A DNA stretch of 64,000 bases, taken from contig CBDBHB010000009.1 of the NCBI GenBank assembly GCA_965205505.1, positions 736,001-800,000 on the forward strand, given 5' to 3'. Both the position numbers and the translations under genes were made by a program. Of this stretch, positions 47,499 to 57,729 are shown piece by piece (within the stretch, counting starts at the first letter, position 1; each line of letters begins with the position of its first letter). This DNA is from Acidobacteriota bacterium (GTDB taxonomy: Bacteria > Acidobacteriota > UBA890 > WLXD01). A model generated the notes under the pieces. That model was not told the DNA's origin. It ran no database searches and saw only the letters and a list, made by a program, of their open reading frames with translations.

Positions 47499-48836
47499 CT
47501 ACTGCTGCAGTTCCGCGGCCACCCGCTCCACCTGACGCAGCGCCCGCAACAGGTTCAGCCCGACGATCTTGCTGACGTCCTCGTCGCTATGTCCGCGGCG
47601 CAACAGCTCGGCGACCAGGTACGGATAGCGCGTCACGTCCTCGAGCCCTACGACCATCGACGGTGTGCCGCTGTCATAGAAATCCGAGCCGAAGCCGACG
47701 TGGTCGATGCCGGCGACCTCGATGATGTGCTCGATGTGGTCGGCCACATCCGAGAGGGTTCCGCGCGGGGCCGGGTTGGCCTCTGCCCATAGCTCGAGCC
47801 GGCGGGCGATCTCGGCGGCGTCGTCGAGCTCGGCGCGCAGGCGCTCGAGCATGTCGTGGCTGCGAACGGCCCACAGTGGCTCGACGCCCGTCAGCATGCT
47901 GATCATCGTTTCGCGCATCGTGTCGGCGCCGTAGGTGCGGTCCCACTCCGCCCGCGTCGGCGCCACGTAGCCGGCGATGAAGTTCACCATCACCACGCCG
48001 CCGTTCTCTGCCACCAGCTGCAGGATGTCGTCGGGCACGTTACGCCGGTGCGGGTTCACACCGCGAGCGCTGGAGTGCGAGTACAGCACCGGCGCGCGGC
48101 TCACCCGAAGCGCGTCGCGCATGGTGTCGTCGCTGACGTGCGACAGGTCGACGAACATGCCCAGTCGGTTCATCTCGCGCACCACACGCTCTCCGAACTC
48201 GGTGAGTCCGCCGTGCAGCGGCATGTCGGTTGCCGAGTCGGCCCAGTCGGTGCTGCGAAAGTGCGTCAACGTCATGTATCGGGCGCCGAGCTCGTAGAAC
48301 AAGCGCAGCGCCGCAAGCTGGTTGTTGATCATGTGGCCACCCTCGATGCCGATCATCGAGCCGATGCGACCGGCGGCGAAGATGCGCTCGACGTCGTCGG
48401 CGGTATCGGCGAGCTCCAAGTCGTAGTAGGCGGCGACGAACTGCCGTACCACATCGATCGCGGTGAGCGCCGTCTCCAGCTCGGTGTCGGTCCACATGGT
48501 GGCCGACTCGGAGAACGCAGCCCAGAATTGACCGCCGACCATGCCCTCGCGTAGCCGCGGGATATCAGCCGCCAGCATCGCCTGGCGCTGGTTCAGATCC
48601 ACGCGCGACGGTTCCGAATCGTGCTGTAGGGTGATCGTGTAGGCGAGGTCGTTGTGCCCATCGATCAACGGTACCCGTGCGAGAATCTCGCGGGCGCGCG
48701 TCAGGTACTCGTCTTCTTGTACCTGGGGGCCCGGCGCGGCGGCCAGAGCACCCGCCGTCAGCAGGAGCGCCGCGGTGATGGTGAGCACGCAGGGTGAGCA
48801 AATCGGCTCGAAACGGCGCCTGTTCCTCATCGTCAC
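47499..48836 (-). CDS. Membrane dipeptidase (M19)
   Basis: IDGHNDL, GGQFW, GIEGGH, MTLTH, DLSH, SHSS, RNVPD, HVGFGSDF. Confidence 0.95.
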   Translation of the reverse strand: MTMRNRRRFEPICSPCVLTITAALLLTAGALAAAPGPQVQEDEYLTRAREILARVPLIDGHNDLAYTITLQHDSEPSRVDLNQRQAMLAADIPRLREGMVGGQFWAAFSESATMWTDTELETALTAIDVVRQFVAAYYDLELADTADDVERIFAAGRIGSMIGIEGGHMINNQLAALRLFYELGARYMTLTHFRSTDWADSATDMPLHGGLTEFGERVVREMNRLGMFVDLSHVSDDTMRDALRVSRAPVLYSHSSARGVNPHRRNVPDDILQLVAENGGVVMVNFIAGYVAPTRAEWDRTYGADTMRETMISMLTGVEPLWAVRSHDMLERLRAELDDAAEIARRLELWAEANPAPRGTLSDVADHIEHIIEVAGIDHVGFGSDFYDSGTPSMVVGLEDVTRYPYLVAELLRRGHSDEDVSKIVGLNLLRALRQVERVAAELQQ

Positions 48837-48942
48837 CAAGCCTCCTGATCGCAGTCGCGGTTGGAACTATGTGGCGTCGAGAGAGTATCGTCTCAGCGGT
48901 CAACTATCTGTATTGCCAATTGTTCACAGTGGAGGTTTCAAC

Positions 48943-50259
48943 ATGTCGCGTCGAGTCGCCGCTCTGTTCGTCATCACTTTCTTCATCGCGGTGACGTCGG
49001 CAGCTGCCATCGCACAGCAGTGGACCCCGGACAAGCCGGGCAGCGACAACATCGAGGTGGTGTCGCACCTGCCGCTCGGTCCGGCGCTCAGCACTGCCGA
49101 CATCGAGATCGAGCAGGAGCTATCGCGACCCTACGCCTACGTGGCGCGCGAGATTTTCGGCGAGTTCGGTGAAAAAGGCTTGGACGTGATCGATCTCACC
49201 GATCCGGCCAATCCCAAGCGCATTCACGAATGGCGCATCGAGGACCAAGACCTACACGCCGGCGCCGGCGGCAAGGACGTCAAGTACTTCATGTGGGAGG
49301 GCCGCTACTACGTCGTGCTTTCCGTCCAGTTCGCTCAGGGCGGACCGAACCCCGACCTCGGCGCGATCATCTTCGACGTGACCGACCTGCCGGAGAAGAT
49401 CGTCGAGGTGGCGCGCATCCGCGAGCCGGAGCTCGTCGGCGGATTCCATAATATCTTCATCTATGCGCACAGCAACGGTCGCCCGCTGCTGTTCACCACG
49501 CTGCGCGGGCCCGGCGCCGGGGTCTATGACCTGGTGCATGTGCTCAACGGAGCCATGGACGATGCGCGTGTCGCCAACGTACCCGTCGGAACCGGCGCGG
49601 ATGGCGATCGCGGCTACCGCGGCTACCACGACTTCTACGTTGGCTGGCACGAGGACACCCAGACCGATCGTTTTTACGGCGGCGGCACCGACGGGTATTA
49701 CATCTACGACGTCACCAACCTCGAGGCCCCCGAGCTCCTGATATCGCTCACCGGCATTTCCGGGGTGCAATACGGCCACACGTTCACACCCACACCGGAC
49801 GGTCGCTACGTGATCGCCGAGACCGAGTACCAATACGCGCCGCTGCGGATCTTCGACCTGCAGCCGGCGCTCGATGGCGAGGTACAGAACATCCGTAGTC
49901 CGATCGGCGCGTGGACAGCCGACTGGCGCCACCTGGTACACAACCATGAGGTGCGTTGGCCCTACGTGTTCGTCTCGGGCTATTTGGATGGGCTGCAGGT
50001 GTTCAGCATGATGGACCCGGCAAACCCGGTGACGGTCGCCTATTACGACACCTATCTGGGATCGCCGAACCCCGGCGGTGGCACCGGCGCGATGTTCAAC
50101 GGCGCCTGGGGCGTCGACGTGCGCAACGAGGACGGCCTCATCGTAATCAGCGACATGACGACGGGTTTCTGGGCCTTCAGGATGGATGGCTTCAGCGGTT
50201 GGAATGGCGCCGACTGGGGCATGCCCGAGACCTCGAGCGCACAGGTGTGGACACGGTAG
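48943..50259 (+). CDS. Secreted LVIVD-repeat / choice-of-anchor B-like propeller protein
   Basis: GGAGG RBS, signal peptide, GLDVIDLTDPANP, GFHNIF, HNHEV, GAWGVD, SDMTTG. Confidence 0.8.
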   Translation: MSRRVAALFVITFFIAVTSAAAIAQQWTPDKPGSDNIEVVSHLPLGPALSTADIEIEQELSRPYAYVAREIFGEFGEKGLDVIDLTDPANPKRIHEWRIEDQDLHAGAGGKDVKYFMWEGRYYVVLSVQFAQGGPNPDLGAIIFDVTDLPEKIVEVARIREPELVGGFHNIFIYAHSNGRPLLFTTLRGPGAGVYDLVHVLNGAMDDARVANVPVGTGADGDRGYRGYHDFYVGWHEDTQTDRFYGGGTDGYYIYDVTNLEAPELLISLTGISGVQYGHTFTPTPDGRYVIAETEYQYAPLRIFDLQPALDGEVQNIRSPIGAWTADWRHLVHNHEVRWPYVFVSGYLDGLQVFSMMDPANPVTVAYYDTYLGSPNPGGGTGAMFNGAWGVDVRNEDGLIVISDMTTGFWAFRMDGFSGWNGADWGMPETSSAQVWTR

Positions 50260-50303
50260 CGTACGGCTGTCGCAATCGAGACTCTGCCAGAGCGGCGACA
50301 AGC

Positions 50304-51311
50304 ATGACCCTTCGCGTCGGGCGACTCTCCACGCTGGTCGTCGGCCTCGTGGGCGGCGCTGCTGTTCTCGGCGCCATCCCGGTCAGCAGCCCGACCTCTA
50401 CGTTCGAGCGGCTGTACTCCGATGACAGCCCGTTCAACCAGAAGATCGCAGTGGGCGCGCCCATCGACTCGAAGTCGGCGCACATGATTGGCAGCCTGGT
50501 GCGAGCGGGCCGTAAGCAGGGGTTTCTGATCGCGCTCAAGCGCTGGACGATTCCGATCTACTACGCCAGCGCCGACACTCCCCGCTACCGCGTGCGGATG
50601 ACCGCCAAGTGGGCGCCGGCGAGCTGGTTCGAGGGTGTGCCCATTCCCGACGGCGCGGCGCCAGACCCGGCGGCCGACGGGCACATGGTCATCATCGACC
50701 GCGACACCGGGTGTGAATACGACTTCTGGCGGGCCAAGAAGCGCAAGAGCGGCAAGTGGCGGGCGAGCTGGGGAAATAGCTTGCGAACCGACGGCGACGG
50801 CATCTTCCCGCGCGGGCTTTCGGCGCGCGGCTCCGGGTTCGCGCTCCCCGCCAGGATGATCTTCCCCGACGAGCTTGTCGACGGCCGCATCGATCACGCG
50901 CTGCAATTCAGCTACGACTACCCGAAGCGCGGCGGTCCGGTGGAGCCGGCTACCGAGAGCGATGGGCATTCGAGGCGATCGGACGCGATTCCCGAAGGTG
51001 CGCGCCTACGACTAGATCCGACGCTCGAGCTCGACTCACTCGGCCTCACTCGCTACGAGCGCATCATCGCCGAGGCGCTGCAACAGTACGGCATGATCCT
51101 CGCCGACAATGGCGGCGGCGTGGAGCTACAGGCCGTGCACCCGATGAGCTACGACGACGATGTCTATGCAGGCGTCCTGCCGGATCGGCGGTACGTGTAC
51201 TTGAACAACATTCCCCTCGATCGATTCGAAGTGCTGCAGCTGCCGCCGGAGACCGACCTCGAGAACGCCATCGTGCCCTCGGGCTGCGGCACGCTGACGC
51301 GCCGGCGGTAG
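50304..51311 (+). CDS. Secreted conserved hypothetical protein
   Basis: Signal peptide; enzyme-like motifs DGHMVIID, EYDFW, IDHAL, SDG, IPEGARLRL, ALQQYGM..DNGG. Confidence 0.7.
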   Translation: MTLRVGRLSTLVVGLVGGAAVLGAIPVSSPTSTFERLYSDDSPFNQKIAVGAPIDSKSAHMIGSLVRAGRKQGFLIALKRWTIPIYYASADTPRYRVRMTAKWAPASWFEGVPIPDGAAPDPAADGHMVIIDRDTGCEYDFWRAKKRKSGKWRASWGNSLRTDGDGIFPRGLSARGSGFALPARMIFPDELVDGRIDHALQFSYDYPKRGGPVEPATESDGHSRRSDAIPEGARLRLDPTLELDSLGLTRYERIIAEALQQYGMILADNGGGVELQAVHPMSYDDDVYAGVLPDRRYVYLNNIPLDRFEVLQLPPETDLENAIVPSGCGTLTRRR

Positions 51312-51342
51312 CGTCGCAAGCGCGTCCAAATACGGAGAGCCG

Positions 51343-52920
51343 ATGCAGGTTCCATTGCTGGTCAACGACTTTCTGTCGCGCCCGGCGCTGCTGTATCCCG
51401 AAAAGACAGCGGTAGTCGACGGTGAGCGGCGCTTCTCGTATCGCGATCTTCAGGTGCGCGCCAACCGGCTGTCCAACGCGCTCGTCGGGCTCGACGTTGG
51501 CAAGGGAGATCGGGTGTGCATGCTCAGCCCCAACTCGCACTTCTTTCTGGAGAGTTTCTACGGCACCAGTCAGATCGGTGCGGTGCTGGTGCCGCTGAAC
51601 TATCGCCTCATGGCTGCCGATCACGAGTACATCCTCAACCACGCGGGTGTGACGGTAGTGCTCGTCGACCATGAGTATGTCGAGCTGGTCGACGAGATTC
51701 GACCGCGACTGCCGACCGTCCAGCACTGGATCGTGGCGCAAGACGAGGGCGACGCGCCGGAGGGGTGGGTTGCTTGGGAAGCGCTGATCGCCGCCGCCAG
51801 AGACGCATCGCCGACGGTGCCCGAGCTCGGCGAGAGCGACCTGGTGTCGATCAACTACACGTCCGGCACCACGGCTCGCCCGAAGGGCGTGATGTTGACG
51901 CACCGCAGCCTGTACCTGAACGCCTACAGCATGATCGCTCACCTGGGTATCGGCCACGACGACGTCGAGCTTTGGACGCTGCCCATGTTTCATTGCAATG
52001 GTTGGGGCGCCGTCTATGCGCTCACCGGAATGGGTGGCACCCACGTGGTGCTGCGCGCCATCGATGCCGAGCGGATCTTCAGCCTGATCGCCGGGGAAGG
52101 GGTGACCTTCGCCTGCATGGCGCCGGCGGTGCTGAACGCGATCCTGGAGTACCCCGACGCCGCCCGGCACGAGATCAGCACCAAGCCGCGCTTCGTGGTT
52201 GCGGGAGCCCCGCCTCCGGCGGCGTTCATCGAGCGCCTCGAGCAGGAGCTCGGCTGGGAGTTCATGCAGATCTACGGGCTCACCGAGACATCGCCGTACC
52301 TGACCGGCAACTTCGTGAGTCATGGTACCGCCCAGGACGACTATGATCGCCGCTCGCGTGTCGGTGTGCCGGGGCTCGGGGTGGACATCGTGCTGCTCGA
52401 CGACGACGGCAAAAAGGTACCGCGCGACAACGCCACCGTCGGTGAGATCTGCGCCCGCTCCAATGTAGTCTTCGAAGGTTACTGGAAGCAGCCAGAGGAG
52501 ACCGAGAAGGCGATCCGCGACGGCTACTTCCATACCGGCGACCTGGCGATCTGGGACGAGGTCGGCAACGTGAGCATTGTCGACCGCAAGAAAGACGTGA
52601 TCATTTCAGGCGGCGAGAACATCAGCTCCGCCGAGGTCGAGGACGCCCTCTATCAGCACCCCGCTGTGCTGGAGTGCGCCGTCATCGGCGTACCGCACGA
52701 GAAGTGGGGTGAGACGCCGATGGCGCTCGTCGTCCTGCGTGAGGGCGAGATCGCCGACGAAGACGCCCTGCTCGAGTTTTGCCGTCAACATCTAGCGCAC
52801 TTCAAGTGCCCTAGCTCGGTGCGCCTCATCGATGCGCTGCCGCGGACCGCGACCGGAAAGCTCCAGAAGTTCCGTTTACGCGAGGAGTTCTGGGAAGGCC
52901 AGGAACGCCGAGTGAACTGA
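51343..52920 (+). CDS. Acyl-CoA synthetase / long-chain fatty-acid-CoA ligase
   Basis: YTSGTTARPKG, YGLTET, FHTGD, DRKKDVIISGGEN, PRTATGK. Confidence 0.95.
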   Translation: MQVPLLVNDFLSRPALLYPEKTAVVDGERRFSYRDLQVRANRLSNALVGLDVGKGDRVCMLSPNSHFFLESFYGTSQIGAVLVPLNYRLMAADHEYILNHAGVTVVLVDHEYVELVDEIRPRLPTVQHWIVAQDEGDAPEGWVAWEALIAAARDASPTVPELGESDLVSINYTSGTTARPKGVMLTHRSLYLNAYSMIAHLGIGHDDVELWTLPMFHCNGWGAVYALTGMGGTHVVLRAIDAERIFSLIAGEGVTFACMAPAVLNAILEYPDAARHEISTKPRFVVAGAPPPAAFIERLEQELGWEFMQIYGLTETSPYLTGNFVSHGTAQDDYDRRSRVGVPGLGVDIVLLDDDGKKVPRDNATVGEICARSNVVFEGYWKQPEETEKAIRDGYFHTGDLAIWDEVGNVSIVDRKKDVIISGGENISSAEVEDALYQHPAVLECAVIGVPHEKWGETPMALVVLREGEIADEDALLEFCRQHLAHFKCPSSVRLIDALPRTATGKLQKFRLREEFWEGQERRVN

Positions 52921-52988
52921 GGCCTGGCCCCGCCATGAGCCACCGAGTGCACTGCCGCGCGACATGACCCGGCGTGCGGATCTCGTCC

Positions 52989-53051
52989 ATGATATGCCAG
53001 TTATCATAAGAAATGTCATGAAATCTATTTCGTGACATTCTTGATATATCA
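52989..53051. promoter_or_regulatory. AT-rich TA promoter with palindromic operators
   Basis: AATGTCATGAAAT-CT-ATTTCGTGACATT (53012-53039, 12/13 arms), ATGATA-N7-TATCAT (52989-53007), TGATATATCA (53042-53051). Confidence 0.7.
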
Positions 53052-53058
53052 TGGGGAT

Positions 53059-53355
53059 ATGAGCGACTCGGTTACGAAGATCGGAAAGGGTGGCCGCGTG
53101 GTCATCCCTTCAAGACATCGGAAGGCGCTGGGAATCGAAGAGGGGCAACAGGTCATCGTGAGCCTCGATCGTGACGGAATCTGGATCAGAACTCCCGAGC
53201 AAGCAGTGGCACACGCTCAAAGTCTGGTGCGTGAGCATGTTGGCAAGGGCAAGAGCCTTGTCGACGAGTTGCTCCGTGAGCGCCGCCGCGAGGCGCTTGG
53301 TGACGATGCGTCAGACGTCCCGCGTCCGCGGTCGGATAACTCGCGTCGGCGATGA
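53059..53355 (+). CDS. AbrB/MazE/SpoVT family antitoxin (VapB-type)
   Basis: KIGKGGRVVIPSRHRKALGIEEG...SLVDELLRERR; ATGA overlap with the toxin gene. Confidence 0.9.
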   Translation: MSDSVTKIGKGGRVVIPSRHRKALGIEEGQQVIVSLDRDGIWIRTPEQAVAHAQSLVREHVGKGKSLVDELLRERRREALGDDASDVPRPRSDNSRRR

Positions 53356-53735
53356 GCTCGCCGGTCTTGGACGCCTCGGCGGTGCTTGCGTTGCTCAACG
53401 ACGAACCCGGTGCTCACGAGGTGGCGAACACGCTTCCGGGGGCCCTGCTGTCGACGGTGAATCTCGCCGAGGTCGCTGGCAAGCTCGTCGACCACGGGAT
53501 GGCGGACAACGCGCTACGAGCGGCGCTAGGTGGGCTGGGGCTCCGTATCGTGAAGTTCGACGAGGAGCTGGCGTACCGGGCGGGCTCACTCCGGCGTTCG
53601 ACGCGCCGTGCGGGCCTGGCCCTCGGCGATCGGGCCTGTCTATCGGTTGGCCAGGAGCTGGAGTGCACCGTCCTGACCGCAGATCGGCGTTGGTCCGAGC
53701 TGGATCTCGGGATCGATATCCGGGTTATTCGCTAG
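53352..53735 (+). CDS. vapC: VapC/PIN domain toxin
   Basis: VLDASAVLA, VNLAEV, LGDRACL, LTADR. Confidence 0.93.
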   Translation: MSSPVLDASAVLALLNDEPGAHEVANTLPGALLSTVNLAEVAGKLVDHGMADNALRAALGGLGLRIVKFDEELAYRAGSLRRSTRRAGLALGDRACLSVGQELECTVLTADRRWSELDLGIDIRVIR

Positions 53736-53776
53736 CCGCTTTTCCCGTCGGTGCCGCCGACGCTGCTGGGCGTCAA

Positions 53777-54283
53777 TTATCGATCTTCGGGGTTATCTGA
53801 CCGCGCCGCGTTATCGAGCTCGATGAGGCGCTCCTCGATGCCGACATCCTTGGAGACCGGCTCGCCGAGGATGCGGTGCTCCATCGACTCCAAAGCGCGG
53901 GCTGCCAGTCGGTCGCGCACCCGCTCGATGTGGGCGGTGCTCTGGTGCGCCGAGAACAGCCGCTTCTCCAGGTTGGCAAGAGCGATCTCAGCGTTCCAGC
54001 GTTGGCTTGGCCACCGGAGCAACAGGTCTCGACCTGCGGCCGCGAGCACGACGGTCATCCCGACGAAGATCCACAAGACTGCAGCCAGCGCGATGTCGAC
54101 TGCTCCGCCGTCGAAGGGCGCCCGGGTGGCCGACCACACGATGCGGAATCCACTGAGTGCCGCATAGAGCAGCGCCGCGATCGCGATGATCGCCCAGGCG
54201 ACGAAGGTGCTCATCAGCACGCAGGCAGTCTTCGGGCCAGCCTCCGCAAGGTAGTGCTCGACCAAACGTCTGAGAGCCATCAT
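53777..54283 (-). CDS. Hypothetical membrane protein (two TM segments plus coiled-coil-like tail)
   Basis: Hydrophobic segments in ORF 53777..54448; start inferred. Confidence 0.5.
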   Translation of the reverse strand: MMALRRLVEHYLAEAGPKTACVLMSTFVAWAIIAIAALLYAALSGFRIVWSATRAPFDGGAVDIALAAVLWIFVGMTVVLAAAGRDLLLRWPSQRWNAEIALANLEKRLFSAHQSTAHIERVRDRLAARALESMEHRILGEPVSKDVGIEERLIELDNAARSDNPEDR

Positions 54284-54429
54284 GGTCGGGCTACTTTTAT
54301 CCCCTCGATGGGCCAGAACAAGCCCTGGCGGCGCGATGGCCTGTGGAATGAAAGCTCCGCCTCGGTTGGCTAAGAACGCGAGTCCCCGCCGACCGACGAA
54401 GGACGAGGTACCGAACGGAGGCCGACGTG

Positions 54430-54705
54430 ATGGCGCAGTCTGCATCAACCACTCGAGCTCGAATCACTCTCGCACTGGGCGCGCTGGGGCTCATGCTCGC
54501 CTTTACTGCCTCATCGTTGGCACAGCGACCTCCGGGCGGAGGGTTGCACTTCGGTCCGGTGACCGACGCTCAGTATCGCGACGGTGGCCAGTTCAACGCC
54601 GATGCGGTCGAGCTCGGTCGACTGCTGTTTTTCGACCAGATTCTCAGCGGCAACGGCAATATCTCGTGCGCTACCTGCCACAACCCTGCCACCACGGCCT
54701 GCTAA
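54430..54705 (+). pseudogene. Di-heme cytochrome c peroxidase/MauG family, N-terminal fragment
   Basis: GGAGG RBS, signal peptide, VELGRLLFFDQILSGNGNISCATCHNP, then stop; second heme domain absent. Confidence 0.85.
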
Positions 54706-54729
54706 GGCTGCTCCACGGCGGGGCGTCTC

Positions 54730-56622
54730 GTGAACCGACTGCGCGCGGTTTTGCGGGGCGCCCCGTTGCTTGCTCCCCGAATCGCGGGTACATTCGCGAG
54801 CCGATTGCTAACTCGCTACGCGGAGGGCTCCGGAATGTCGACGATGGGGGCGCGAGCGGCATCGGTCACGATGCTGGCGAGCGCGTTACTGACTGCTGGA
54901 GCACAAGGCCAGTCCGGGTCTCGGGAGGGCGCCACCATCGTTGCCCGCGAGGGCGAACGTTACTGGGAGCATGTGGTCGAGCGCAGCCTCTACCAGCGCC
55001 TGACGCTCGGGTTGCCGATCGAATCGCTCGACTATCCGACCGCGGCCGCCGCTGAGCGCTCGGCCGCCTTCGCCCGTTCGTTGCTACAGCGGCTCGATGC
55101 GGTGGATGTCGCGGCGCTATCGCACGCGGATGTTCTCAACCTCGAGACGCTGCGCTGGTTAGCTCAAAGTCTCGCCGACTCGGCGCCGTTCTATTGGTTT
55201 GGATTCGAGGTCACGCCCTACTCCTCGCCCCTGCCTGAGCTGCGACAGGCGCTGCTGTCCCGGCCGCTGGCGACACGGGAGGGCCGGGATCGATATCTGA
55301 GGCTGCTCGACGAGGCCGTGGAGTTCATCGACTCGTTGCATGCACGGCTCCGCGGGCAGGCGAATCGGGGGATTCGCGTACCGTTGCCCGAGCTCGACAC
55401 GGTGGTTCCGTTCGTCTCGGCGATGATCTCTGAGGGGTCGAGCAGCCCGTTCGGTGTTCACCGGGATCGGCTCGCTACCGTAGATGACGCCGAGTCCGAC
55501 GCGTTCCTCGCCGCGGTGGACGTCGGTATCGTCGAAGCGAATCGGGCGCTCCGTGAGATCGTCGAGCTGGTGGATGGAGCCGAGTACCGCAACGCGGCGC
55601 CGGTGGGGGTTGGGGCCTGGCAGTTTCCTGGCGGCGAAGATTGGTACCGGCACTCGGTGCGCCAGCGTACGACGCTCGACATAACGCCCGAGGAGGTTCA
55701 CGAGATCGGCGTCGAAGAGGTCGCGCGCATCGACTCGACAATGGCCACGCTACGCGACGATCTGGGCTATGAGAGCACCAAAGCCGACTTTCTCAGCTTT
55801 CTCAGGCCCGATCCGCGCTTCTTCCCCGAGACACCACAGCAGATCCATGACGTGTTGATGGGCTACGCCAATGAGATGGAGGACCAGCTGGACTCGATGT
55901 TCCTGCGTCGTCCCGAGGCGCCGTATGGGGTCAAGCGCCTCGAGCCGGAGCGTGGGCCCGGCATGACCTTCGGAACCTACGAGGTACCTACTCCCGCCGA
56001 GCCGACCGGCTACTACCGATACAACGGCTCCCAGCTCGACGAGCGCTCGATGCTCTTCTTCCAGGCGCTCACCTACCATGAGCTCGTGCCCGGCCACCAT
56101 TTCCAGATGAGCTTGCAGGCGGAGAACGCCGGACTGCCCGACTTCCGTCGCTTCTCGTCGTTCGACGCGTTCACCGAGGGATGGGGTGACTACGCCTCGT
56201 CGCTAGGGATCGAGGCCGGGCTCTACGATGACCCCTACGATGCCTACGGTCGCCATTCGATGGACATGTTCATCTCCGTGCGACTCGTGGTCGACACCAA
56301 CGGAATGAACCTACTCCGCTGGCCGCGCGCGCGTGCCACCCGGTACATGCTCGACAACGTGATCGAATCGGAGACACAGATCGCCAGCGAGACACTGCGT
56401 TACGCGGTCGACATGCCCGGCCAGGCGCTGGCCTACAAGGTGGGATCCCAGCTTTTCTGGGATCTGCGCCGCCGCGCCGAGCAAGCGCTGGGCGACCGCT
56501 TCGATCTGGCGCGTTTCCACGACGCGATCCTGAGTCAGGGCTCCATGCCGTTGCAGGTGCTCGAGCAGCATGTCGCCTGGTTCATCGAGCAGGAGCAGGG
56601 CGAGGGCGGCGCGATTGAATAG
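54730..56622 (+). CDS. DUF885 family protein (canonical type)
   Basis: YHELVPGHHFQ, FTEGWGDY, RLVVDT, PGQALAYKVG, FHDAIL. Start may be 54835. Confidence 0.92.
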   Translation: MNRLRAVLRGAPLLAPRIAGTFASRLLTRYAEGSGMSTMGARAASVTMLASALLTAGAQGQSGSREGATIVAREGERYWEHVVERSLYQRLTLGLPIESLDYPTAAAAERSAAFARSLLQRLDAVDVAALSHADVLNLETLRWLAQSLADSAPFYWFGFEVTPYSSPLPELRQALLSRPLATREGRDRYLRLLDEAVEFIDSLHARLRGQANRGIRVPLPELDTVVPFVSAMISEGSSSPFGVHRDRLATVDDAESDAFLAAVDVGIVEANRALREIVELVDGAEYRNAAPVGVGAWQFPGGEDWYRHSVRQRTTLDITPEEVHEIGVEEVARIDSTMATLRDDLGYESTKADFLSFLRPDPRFFPETPQQIHDVLMGYANEMEDQLDSMFLRRPEAPYGVKRLEPERGPGMTFGTYEVPTPAEPTGYYRYNGSQLDERSMLFFQALTYHELVPGHHFQMSLQAENAGLPDFRRFSSFDAFTEGWGDYASSLGIEAGLYDDPYDAYGRHSMDMFISVRLVVDTNGMNLLRWPRARATRYMLDNVIESETQIASETLRYAVDMPGQALAYKVGSQLFWDLRRRAEQALGDRFDLARFHDAILSQGSMPLQVLEQHVAWFIEQEQGEGGAIE

Positions 56623-56705
56623 GACCCTTTGCAGAGCCGCTATGGGGTGTTGCCAGAGCCGGGCGCGCCGGCGAAGCTAACCGAAAACGAGCCGCGAGGA
56701 AGCAG

Positions 56706-57689
56706 ATGACCGCTACCCATGCCATACGAATCCACGAGTACGGCGGACCGGAGGTGCTTACCTGGGAGGAGGTCGAGCTTCCCGAGGTCGGTCCTGGCGA
56801 GGCGCTTGTTCGGCATACGGCGATCGGGCTGAACTATATCGATACCTATCATCGATCGGGCCTCTATCCGGTTGCTGAGCTACCGGCCGTGCTTGGGGTC
56901 GAGGCGGCGGGCATCGTCGAGGCGGTCGGCGAGGGCGTAGAGCACATCGCAGTGGGTGATCGGGTAGCGGAGGGAACCGCGTCGGGCGCCTACAGCGAGC
57001 GCCGCGTGTTGGCGGCCGAGCACCTCGTCAAGCTGCCGGCCGATGTCGATGACGAGCAGGCGGCAGCGATCATGCTCAAGGGCTTGACCGCTCGCATGTT
57101 GTTGCGCCAGACGTACTGTGTCGAGCCTGGCGACACGGTGCTGGTTCACGCTGCCGCCGGTGGCGTTGGCACCATTCTCTGTCCCTGGGCCAAGGCGCTC
57201 GGGGCCACCGTCATCGGCACCGCCGGCACCGATGAGAAAGCGGCAATGGCGGCGGCGAACGGCTGTGACCACACCATCGTCTACACGCGTGAGAGCTTCG
57301 CCGAGCGCGTTGCCGACATCACCGAAGGGAACGGCGTCCAGGTGGTCTACGACGGTGTCGGCAAGGTGACCTTCGACGAGTCGCTCGAATGCCTGGCACA
57401 CAACGGACTAATGGCGAGCTTCGGAAACGCGTCGGGGGCTGTCGAGCCGTTCAGCATCCTGCGGCTGCTTCCCAAGGGTCTCTACCTGGCGCGCCCGTCG
57501 ATGTCCAGCGAGATCATTCCGGGCGAGGGGCTACGTCCTGCCGCCACCGAGCTATTCACTGCGGTTGCCGACGGCATAGTCACCCCCACCATCGGGGTGC
57601 GATTCCCGCTGGCGGAGGTCGCCGCCGCCCACCGGTCGCTGGAGTCACGCGGCACGACCGGCTCGACTGTCCTGCTGCCGCATCTCTGA
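56706..57689 (+). CDS. qor: NADPH:quinone oxidoreductase (zeta-crystallin family)
   Basis: GGPEVL, IGLNYID, HAAAGGVG, VYDGVGK, FGNASG, TTGSTVL. Confidence 0.93.
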   Translation: MTATHAIRIHEYGGPEVLTWEEVELPEVGPGEALVRHTAIGLNYIDTYHRSGLYPVAELPAVLGVEAAGIVEAVGEGVEHIAVGDRVAEGTASGAYSERRVLAAEHLVKLPADVDDEQAAAIMLKGLTARMLLRQTYCVEPGDTVLVHAAAGGVGTILCPWAKALGATVIGTAGTDEKAAMAAANGCDHTIVYTRESFAERVADITEGNGVQVVYDGVGKVTFDESLECLAHNGLMASFGNASGAVEPFSILRLLPKGLYLARPSMSSEIIPGEGLRPAATELFTAVADGIVTPTIGVRFPLAEVAAAHRSLESRGTTGSTVLLPHL

Positions 57690-57729
57690 GCGAGCGCGCC
57701 GCTGCAGGGTGGAGATGGGCTGGCCCCTC

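Noticed and set aside
56293-56310. Extra Asn in the DUF885 motif VVDT(N)GM
   Set aside because: A single in-frame codon that cannot be distinguished from natural variation without an alignment.
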